NCBI GenBank assembly: GCA_965612795.1
Contig: CBFDTI010000030.1
Coordinates: 1 to 15,397, forward strand
Source: an uncultured bacterium
GTDB lineage: Bacteria; Hydrothermota; UBA3073; NMUJ01
Direction: 5' to 3'
DNA: 15,397 bases
Made by a program: the position numbers and the translations under genes. Below the pieces are notes generated by a model that worked only from the letters and a program-made list of their open reading frames with translations, was not told the DNA's origin and did no database searches. Shown one piece after another: positions 1-7,029 of this stretch. Each line of letters begins with the position of its first letter. Position 1 is the first letter of the stretch.

Positions 1-1038
1 GGGCAACCCCACAATATGCCAATGTTGAAGCGGTTGATGGAACTCAACTGTCAACTCATAGATTACGAACGTATAACGGATGACCAGGGGAGGAGACTCA
101 TATTCTTTGGTAGGTTTGCAGGTATCGCCGGTATGCTCGACACCCTATGGGGGTTGGGGCAACGTCTACTACATGAAGGTGTAGAAACACCATTTTTACA
201 GATTAAACGTGCTGTGGATTACCGCGATCTTAACGAAGCTAAATCTGCATTACAGAAGGTAGCTACCCAAATTCGTGAGAAAAGCTTACCCACCCCCATA
301 ATTCCATTGGTAATCGGTATTACCGGTTATGGCAATGTATCCAAGGGTGTCCAGGAGACGCTATCATGGTTACCCGTAGTGGAGGTCACACCATCGGAGT
401 TACCGCGATTATGCAGTAACCCACCCCAATGGCAAAACTTCATCTATAAAGTGGTATTCAAAGAAGAGGATATGGTTGAACCAATCTCCCCCAATGATAC
501 GTTTGATTTGTACGACTATTACCACCATCCGGAGAAATATAGGTCGAAATTCACCCAGTACCTACCATACCTTACTGTACTTATAAACGCTATATATTGG
601 GATAGCCGATACCCGCGGTTGGTGACCAAATCATTTCTTAAAGATTGGTATACCCGCAACACGCCACGACTTAAAATCATAGGTGATATAAGTTGCGACA
701 TCGAAGGTGCTATCGAATGTACTGTACGTACGACAACACCAGGTGACCCGTTCTTCGTATACGATCCAATAACTGGTAACACCACAGCTGGGCTTGAGGG
801 GCCCGGTATACCTATACTGGCGGTAGATAATTTACCAGCAGAGTTACCACGTGATGCATCACGTGAGTTCAGCAAGATGGTCAAACCCTTCGTCCCCTAT
901 ATTGTGGATGCGGATTACAGCAAACCGTTTGATAAACTCAACCTACCTCCCGAACTCAAACGTGCCGTCATCGTACACCAAGGTACGCTAACTCCTGACT
1001 ATCAATATCTATCAAAATATATCGACAAATATGGATGA
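1..1038 (+). CDS. Lysine-2-oxoglutarate reductase / saccharopine dehydrogenase (lysine-forming family, AASS N-terminal-like; AlaDh/PNT fold), 5'-truncated by the window edge
   Basis: The frame is open from base 1 (GQPHN-MPML...). Motifs LIDYE, FGRFAGIAG, GITGYGNVSKG, NAIYW..RYPRLVT, IGDISCDIEGAIE and AVDNLPAELPRDASREFS match the LKR domain of AASS. The ATG at 16 is probably internal. Stop TGA at 1036-1038. Confidence 0.9.
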   Translation, partial: GQPHNMPMLKRLMELNCQLIDYERITDDQGRRLIFFGRFAGIAGMLDTLWGLGQRLLHEGVETPFLQIKRAVDYRDLNEAKSALQKVATQIREKSLPTPIIPLVIGITGYGNVSKGVQETLSWLPVVEVTPSELPRLCSNPPQWQNFIYKVVFKEEDMVEPISPNDTFDLYDYYHHPEKYRSKFTQYLPYLTVLINAIYWDSRYPRLVTKSFLKDWYTRNTPRLKIIGDISCDIEGAIECTVRTTTPGDPFFVYDPITGNTTAGLEGPGIPILAVDNLPAELPRDASREFSKMVKPFVPYIVDADYSKPFDKLNLPPELKRAVIVHQGTLTPDYQYLSKYIDKYG

Positions 1039-1444
1039 GAAAGAATTTCGCACCCAGCTACGTAAAAAGATAGGATCACCTGACGAGGTTGATAAAAGTA
1101 TTTTAGAAATCGTACCATATGAATATCCCGGTAGGGATATCAACATCGAAATCGTCTATCCAGAATTTACCAGCTTATGTCCACGTACGGGGTTGCCTGA
1201 TTTCGGTAAGATCACCATCCGTTACATACCTGATACACATATAATAGAGCTCAAGTCACTCAAGTACTATCTTATGCAGTATAGGTGGGTAGGTATCTTT
1301 TACGAACATCTTGTTAACCGCATACTCGAAGATCTCGTCTCTTTGGTGAAACCCAAATCCATGGAAGTTATAGGTGAGTTCAACCCCCGTGGTGGTATGA
1401 CCACTAAAGTGGTAAGAAGATGGGAAAGTGGAAAAAGCGAATAA
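1031..1444 (+). CDS. queF: NADPH-dependent 7-cyano-7-deazaguanine (preQ0) reductase, unimodular type I QueF
   Basis: PEFTSLCPRTGLPDF (catalytic Cys50 and Asp57), QueF motif ELKSLKYY, FYE (usually FHE) and C-terminal FNPRGGM. 137 aa. Overlaps the upstream gene by 8 nt. Confidence 0.9.
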   Translation: MDEKEFRTQLRKKIGSPDEVDKSILEIVPYEYPGRDINIEIVYPEFTSLCPRTGLPDFGKITIRYIPDTHIIELKSLKYYLMQYRWVGIFYEHLVNRILEDLVSLVKPKSMEVIGEFNPRGGMTTKVVRRWESGKSE

Positions 1445-1450
1445 GGAGGT
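1443..1450 (+). promoter_or_regulatory. Shine-Dalgarno site of the saccharopine dehydrogenase gene
   Basis: AAGGAGGT, overlapping the queF stop codon, 3 nt before ATG 1454. Confidence 0.75.
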
Positions 1451-1453
1451 GTA

Positions 1454-2767
1454 ATGGGTCGCATACTTGTGTTAGGTGCAGGTATGGTAGCAAGGCCGCT
1501 TGTCCATTATTTGTTGGAGGATGGACATGAGGTGACGGTTGCCAGCCGTACCTTAAGTAAGGCCGAGAAGCTGGTTGAAGGGTTCACCAAAGGTCACGCC
1601 CTACAATGGACCGTAGATGATGAACCCAAACTACGTGAACTTATACGAAAAGCCGATATTGTGGTAAGCCTATTACCGTATGTTTATCACGTAAAAGTGG
1701 CTAACATCTGTCTCGACTACCGTAAACATCTGGTCACCACCTCTTACGTGAGCCCCGACATGCAATCACTCGATAATGATGCTAAATCAAACGATATAAT
1801 CTTGCTGAACGAGATAGGGCTCGACCCTGGCATCGACCACATGTCCGCTATGCGTATGATAAATAAGGTTAAATCCAACGGCGGTAGGGTTATCAGCTTT
1901 CGTTCCTATTGTGGTGCATTACCTGCACCTGAAGCTGCTGATAATCCATTCAAATACAAGTTTTCTTGGAGCCCACGTGGTGTAGTGCTTGCAGCTCGCA
2001 ACAGCGCACGTTACATGGTGGATGGCAAAGAGATCAACGTACCAGCTGAGTTACTGTTCACTCATTGCAGTAAGATCAACATAAAAGGGGTGGGTCAGCT
2101 CGAAGTTTATCCCAACCGTGACTCTATACCGTACATTGATAAGTACAGTATCCATACAGTACAGACGATGCTACGTGGTACGTTACGGTATCCGGGTTGG
2201 TGCAAACTGTGGCACAGTATTGGGAGGTTGGGCTTGCTGGACGATAAACAGCTGCCACTTAAAGGGTTAACCTATCGTGAATTCATGAAGAAGCTCTTAG
2301 ATACCGAGTCGGATGACATCCGCAAGGCGGTAGCTGATTATCTTGGGCTCGACCTACACGATGAGGTGTTGGACAAGCTTGAGTGGGTTGGCCTGTTTGC
2401 TGACGACCTTATACCACTGGATACCGGGGCAGCACTTGATGTACTCACACAACGGCTATTGGACAAGCTCCAGTACAGAGAGGGTGAACGTGACATGGTT
2501 GTCATGTACCACGAGGTTATCGCCGAATACCATGGTAAAACAGAGAAATTAACCTCTACGCTGATAGACTATGGTACAATGGGTAACGATACTGCGGTTG
2601 CACGTACGGTGGCATTACCAGCAGCTATCGGGGTTAAACTCATACTCGAAGGTAAAATAAAACTCACAGGTGTACAAATACCTGTGGTACCCGAAATTTA
2701 CGAACCTGTACTACAAGAGCTTGAGACACTTGGTATAAAGTTGGAGGAAACACATTCCATATGTTAG
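1454..2767 (+). CDS. Saccharopine dehydrogenase (glutamate-forming; LYS9 / AASS C-terminal-like)
   Basis: Rossmann ILVLGAGMVA, VVSLLPY, LVTTSYVSP, NEIGLDPGIDHMSAM, FRSYCGALPAPE, YKFSWSPRGV, YPNRDS, RGTLRYPGW and ARTVALPAAI motifs. Confidence 0.93.
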   Translation: MGRILVLGAGMVARPLVHYLLEDGHEVTVASRTLSKAEKLVEGFTKGHALQWTVDDEPKLRELIRKADIVVSLLPYVYHVKVANICLDYRKHLVTTSYVSPDMQSLDNDAKSNDIILLNEIGLDPGIDHMSAMRMINKVKSNGGRVISFRSYCGALPAPEAADNPFKYKFSWSPRGVVLAARNSARYMVDGKEINVPAELLFTHCSKINIKGVGQLEVYPNRDSIPYIDKYSIHTVQTMLRGTLRYPGWCKLWHSIGRLGLLDDKQLPLKGLTYREFMKKLLDTESDDIRKAVADYLGLDLHDEVLDKLEWVGLFADDLIPLDTGAALDVLTQRLLDKLQYREGERDMVVMYHEVIAEYHGKTEKLTSTLIDYGTMGNDTAVARTVALPAAIGVKLILEGKIKLTGVQIPVVPEIYEPVLQELETLGIKLEETHSIC

Positions 2768-2810
2768 AAGGTGCACTTTTGTTTATATCATTGTGATGTG
2801 TTCAACTTAA

Positions 2811-2818
2811 AAGGAGGT
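2811..2818 (+). promoter_or_regulatory. Shine-Dalgarno site of the aldehyde dehydrogenase gene
   Basis: AAGGAGGT immediately before ATGATG (2819/2822). Confidence 0.75.
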
Positions 2819-2821
2819 ATG

Positions 2822-4321
2822 ATGACCGTATATAAAAACTTCATTGATGGTAAATGGGTAGCCTCAAAATCTGGCAAAACGTTCATCAAACGCAACCCCG
2901 CCAACATCGACGATGTGATAGGTGAGTTCCCCGATTCTACCGAAGAAGATGTGGAGCTTGCCGTTGAAGCTGCCAAACGTGCATTCCCAAAATGGAGCCA
3001 CGTACCGGCACCCAAACGTGCGGAGCTACTGAAAAAAGTTACGGATATGTTGGTCGAACGCAAGGAAGAGCTTGCACGAATTGAAACCCGTGAGATGGGC
3101 AAAATCCTCATGGAGACACGTGGCGATGTACAGGAAGCTATAGACACCGGTTATTATGCATTCGGTGAAGGTAGAAGGTTATTCAGCTATACCACACCTT
3201 CGGAGTTACCCGATAAGATGGCAATCACTATACGACGACCTGTTGGTATAGCTGGGCTTATCACACCATGGAATTTCCCCATCGCCATACCTGCGTGGAA
3301 GATATTTCCAGCCCTGCTCGCAGGTAACACGGTGGTGTTTAAGCCATCACGTGAATCCCCCTTAAGTGCAACCAAGTTTGTCGAGCTATTTGAAGAGGCT
3401 GGCCTACCACCCGGTGTGCTCAACCTCGTACATGGACGTGGCAGTGTGGTGGGTTCAGCTATCGCCATGCATCCTGACATCAAGGTGGTAGCATTTACAG
3501 GTTCGGTAGAGACAGGTCGTAAGATACTGGAGATGGGTGCACAGCATATCAAGAAGGTATCGCTTGAACTTGGTGGTAAAAACGGTATGATCGTGTTAGG
3601 TGATGCAAACCTCGACCTTGCACTCGAGGGTGCACTCTGGGGTGCATTCGGTACCACTGGTCAACGTTGTACCGCTACATCACGCCTTATACTGGAGGAG
3701 AGCATCTATGACGAGTTTATTGAGCGGCTCGTCGAGCGTGCTAAGAGGATAAAAATTGGTGACGGGTTGGACGAATCCACAGAGATGGGACCACTCGTCA
3801 GTGAAGCGCAACGCAATAAGGTGATACAGTACGTTGAGATAGGTAAAAACGAAGGTGCTAAACTCATCTGTGGTGGCAAGATACCCGAAGGTACCGAATA
3901 TGCAAAGGGATGGTTCTACGAACCCACGATATTTGTTGATGTCACCCCCGACATGCGTATAGCACAGGAGGAGATATTTGGTCCTGTACTTGCAGTGTTC
4001 AAGGTAAAAGATCTCGACGAAGCTATCGAAGTGATCAACTCCACAAATTATGGATTATCGTCATCCATCTATACACAGGATGTGAACAAAGCACTAAAAG
4101 CAGTCGACCGCATAGAAGCTGGTATCACCTACGTGAACGGACCCACAATAGGAGCTGAATGTCACCTACCGTTTGGTGGTGTCAAACACACAGGTAACGG
4201 ACATCGTGAGGGTGGCTGGACCGTCTACGAGATATTCACTGAAATCAAAACCGTTTATATAGATTACTCTGGTAAGCTACAAAAGGCACAGATCGATACA
4301 GAGAAGATAAAGGTGGAATAG
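2822..4321 (+). CDS. NAD(P)-dependent aldehyde dehydrogenase, probably alpha-aminoadipate-semialdehyde (P6C) dehydrogenase by context
   Basis: ITPWNFP, FKPS, FTGS, LELGGKN (catalytic Glu), GTTGQRCTA (catalytic Cys), QEEIFGP and PFGG motifs. The start is placed at ATG 2822 (or 2819) after the SD, rather than at GTG 2771. Substrate is inferred from the operon. Confidence 0.9.
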   Translation: MTVYKNFIDGKWVASKSGKTFIKRNPANIDDVIGEFPDSTEEDVELAVEAAKRAFPKWSHVPAPKRAELLKKVTDMLVERKEELARIETREMGKILMETRGDVQEAIDTGYYAFGEGRRLFSYTTPSELPDKMAITIRRPVGIAGLITPWNFPIAIPAWKIFPALLAGNTVVFKPSRESPLSATKFVELFEEAGLPPGVLNLVHGRGSVVGSAIAMHPDIKVVAFTGSVETGRKILEMGAQHIKKVSLELGGKNGMIVLGDANLDLALEGALWGAFGTTGQRCTATSRLILEESIYDEFIERLVERAKRIKIGDGLDESTEMGPLVSEAQRNKVIQYVEIGKNEGAKLICGGKIPEGTEYAKGWFYEPTIFVDVTPDMRIAQEEIFGPVLAVFKVKDLDEAIEVINSTNYGLSSSIYTQDVNKALKAVDRIEAGITYVNGPTIGAECHLPFGGVKHTGNGHREGGWTVYEIFTEIKTVYIDYSGKLQKAQIDTEKIKVE

Positions 4322-4414
4322 TTGGCACTATAGGGTATACAGCGACACGAAATAGTCGAGAGAATCAAAGACACTTGATTTGCATTTTACGTCTATATAC
4401 AAAAGGCAAATAGG

Positions 4415-7021
4415 ATGTGGTTTTTACTATTAGTAATAATGAGTGGGGTTCTAAGTTCACCTCCCGATAACCTACAAGACGTAGCTGTATGGGTATCCCA
4501 TATGGGTATATTCACCCAATATGAAGCCTACCGAGCAGTTTATATCAAACCCCAGTACTGTAGACGCGGTTGGATCAAGTGGGCATGGCTACCGTACAAT
4601 TTTTACACCAATCCAGAATATAATCTGTGGGTTATACCTCAAATCCTAAACGATAGCGGTGCACTGCTGGCAGGTGGTGTACAGGTGTCAGAACTGTGGA
4701 AAATTGCTGGCTGGCCATGGGATAACCCCTACGATGACGATCATCGATTCCCTTACGGGATACCCGATCCCGTATTTTATGATTGGGCAACAAGAAACAC
4801 CGAAGGTGAGGTTTATCGTATATCATTCATCAACTGTGAAGATACCCTGCCACGCACCTGGGTCAGCATAGCGAACGAAAACGTGTGGGATCTTATTCTT
4901 TATGCATCCTACCATCAGATAGATGCAGGTGTAAATGTACTCGACTATGATGCCATCCATGGAGGATATAAATTTAAATATAATGCGCAACTCGGTGATA
5001 ACCCCAACACTGGCTACGATGATTACCATTTGGGGACGGCAAATTTTGCCACCAGATTGTCCGTCGTCGTAACCTATGATACCATACGCTATTTTATGCC
5101 AACCCCATCTGCAAGCTCAAACCTCGATTCAGCAAGCTACGCATTTGATGACAACCAAAATACATATTGGCAATCAGCCATAGCTGATAGTCATTGGATT
5201 GAGATAGATCTTGGTCGAAAAAGAACCATACAGCAGATCTATCTATATCTCTTAGCTCGCCACGTGTTATGTAATTTTAAAATAAAATACTGGGACGATA
5301 CAACGGGATGGACGGATTTCTCACCACCCATAAACGTGGAAGCGAACACTGACACCATAAGATCGTTCTTAGTCACCCCCGTAGCTACCTCCAAAATAAG
5401 GCTATCTTCCACAGACAGACAGGTCTACTTGCCGGAGCTGAAAATCTTTGGCCAAGGCTTTAGACAATATCTACTAAAGAAATACTGTGTTGATTCAGGT
5501 TGGACTCCCACAGACCCAAGGTGGGTAACACAAAAGCTTGTCGATCTATCCGACACATTACAGTGTCCGGATGGCACAATGAACAGCTTTAACTACAGGG
5601 GGTACCTCAAATCACATGGTTGGGTGTACAATCCCTTCGGTGGTCCCATAGATACGACCAACTATTTAAATCCACCCAACCCACTTTTCCTTGACTGGTT
5701 CCCTTTCCACTATTTTATGATGCTCTATTTCTATTTCCTTGATGACAGCATAAAGGTGGAAACGATCGTCAATTTATACAAAGGGTCGTTCACATATCAG
5801 ACCATACTCAGGTTACTTGACTATATCTACAAGGGGGTGACAACCTACGCACAAGGTTTGGGCAAAACTATCTATTTCACCCACAGCCACTCGGCACTCA
5901 GCTTGCTCGATTTACAGCGTTGTGATCACATCTTACTGTACATAGTGGATGCACCCACATACCCTGCACCATCACCTACTGATACATTGAAGACGCATCT
6001 CGACGGTACACGCGCATTGGTCAACCCATTACGGTTGCTACGCAGACGTGCACTTGCGGGGTACGATGAACCACCCCCTATCGTAGCATTTTTTGACCAT
6101 GGGTTTGGCTATTTTCCATTCGCCCATATAGGTGGTATAGACGAGCCTGCCGACGAGCGTGTGGAATGTTTAAAAACCTATACGTGGGAGATATATGCAT
6201 CAGGGATGTACTTTTCGTTACCCACAAAGTATCCAGGTTGGGATGCATGGGATGATACCACATCGGATGGCACCCCCGTAATCGAAGTAGTAAAGCGCTG
6301 TGCGGATTTCATAAACAGATATCAAGCGCTATATCGTAACATACGTACGAATCCAAACGAATCCCATGTGAAGGTCAACGGTATCGTCCCATTCAATGGT
6401 GATTGGAACCACGGACGTAGTGCACCTGTTAACGAGTCAAAGGTTACCATCACCTACATGGATGCAATTGATGGCACAAAATCGTACCTTCACATCATAA
6501 ACCACAACTGGGATAGCTTAGCCCATCGTATGGTACCTCAAGATAGTGTGATGCTCGAAATACCAGTTAACGATAGTTGTATAATGGTGAGGCTCATATC
6601 GCCAGATTTCACCCATGAAGATACACTGCCTTTTACTTACCAAAATGGTGTGATTAAGTGCACGCTACCAAAATTAATCTATTACGATGTGTTGATTTTA
6701 GACCTATGTGCTTCAGGCGTAGAAAGAGACGCTTATCCGGACCACTCCATGCTTTACCCGAGCGTGCCTAGTCCATGTATCTCATCAACCACCATAAAGT
6801 ATTCAATCGCAAAGCCAGCCCATGTTGAGCTAAGGATATACAACCTCACAGGGCAGCTCGTAAAAACATTAATAAACACATATCAACAAGCAGGTATTTA
6901 CGAAATTGAGTGGCTCGGCAAGGATGAGAAGGGTAAACACTTACCATCAGGGATATATCTTATACAGTTAAAAGTAAACAATAGAGTTTTACAAACCAAT
7001 AAGCTCTTACTTTTAAGATAA
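4415..7021 (+). CDS. Secreted glycoside-hydrolase-like protein with an internal F5/8 type C (discoidin/CBM32-like) domain and a C-terminal FlgD-Ig/T9SS-type sorting domain
   Basis: Short hydrophobic N-terminus (MWFLLLVIMSGVLSS). Discoidin motifs ASS..SYAFDDNQNTYWQS..HWIEIDLG..ELKIFG at about 5096-5452. C-terminal IKYSI..VELRIYNLTGQLVKTL..EWLGKDEKG..PSGIYLIQL..KLLLLR. Catalytic family not identified. Confidence 0.7.
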   Translation: MWFLLLVIMSGVLSSPPDNLQDVAVWVSHMGIFTQYEAYRAVYIKPQYCRRGWIKWAWLPYNFYTNPEYNLWVIPQILNDSGALLAGGVQVSELWKIAGWPWDNPYDDDHRFPYGIPDPVFYDWATRNTEGEVYRISFINCEDTLPRTWVSIANENVWDLILYASYHQIDAGVNVLDYDAIHGGYKFKYNAQLGDNPNTGYDDYHLGTANFATRLSVVVTYDTIRYFMPTPSASSNLDSASYAFDDNQNTYWQSAIADSHWIEIDLGRKRTIQQIYLYLLARHVLCNFKIKYWDDTTGWTDFSPPINVEANTDTIRSFLVTPVATSKIRLSSTDRQVYLPELKIFGQGFRQYLLKKYCVDSGWTPTDPRWVTQKLVDLSDTLQCPDGTMNSFNYRGYLKSHGWVYNPFGGPIDTTNYLNPPNPLFLDWFPFHYFMMLYFYFLDDSIKVETIVNLYKGSFTYQTILRLLDYIYKGVTTYAQGLGKTIYFTHSHSALSLLDLQRCDHILLYIVDAPTYPAPSPTDTLKTHLDGTRALVNPLRLLRRRALAGYDEPPPIVAFFDHGFGYFPFAHIGGIDEPADERVECLKTYTWEIYASGMYFSLPTKYPGWDAWDDTTSDGTPVIEVVKRCADFINRYQALYRNIRTNPNESHVKVNGIVPFNGDWNHGRSAPVNESKVTITYMDAIDGTKSYLHIINHNWDSLAHRMVPQDSVMLEIPVNDSCIMVRLISPDFTHEDTLPFTYQNGVIKCTLPKLIYYDVLILDLCASGVERDAYPDHSMLYPSVPSPCISSTTIKYSIAKPAHVELRIYNLTGQLVKTLINTYQQAGIYEIEWLGKDEKGKHLPSGIYLIQLKVNNRVLQTNKLLLLR

Positions 7022-7029
7022 GAGGGATA

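Noticed and set aside
1031..1444. Alternative identity as GTP cyclohydrolase I or QueF-like archaeosine amidinotransferase
   Set aside because: It has the NADPH-binding QueF motif ELKSLKYY and the CPxTGxPD motif, and lacks the FolE CEHH zinc motif.
2771..2818. N-terminal extension MHFCLYHCDVFNLKGG of the ALDH in the ORF track
   Set aside because: It uses a GTG start without an SD. The real SD lies inside it, and the ALDH-like sequence starts at MTVYKNFIDGKW.
519..3657. Antisense and alternate-frame ORFs (519-884, 2343-2552, 2788-3147, 3187-3657)
   Set aside because: Shadow ORFs lying wholly or mostly within well-conserved genes, with no recognisable motifs.
1031..4321. queF, SDH and ALDH share one reading frame, separated only by single stops (TAA 1442, TAG 2765), suggesting read-through fusions or amber recoding
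   Set aside because: Both downstream genes have their own strong AAGGAGGT sites. TAG also ends ALDH, nfo and rpsF at the expected protein ends. Two in-frame junctions are expected by chance about 1 time in 9.
4322..4414. Possible terminator, promoter or insertion scar between ALDH and the secreted cassette (TTGATT...TATATA)
   Set aside because: I found no convincing hairpin with U-tract, no -35/-10 pair with proper spacing and no direct repeat matching the other end of the cassette.
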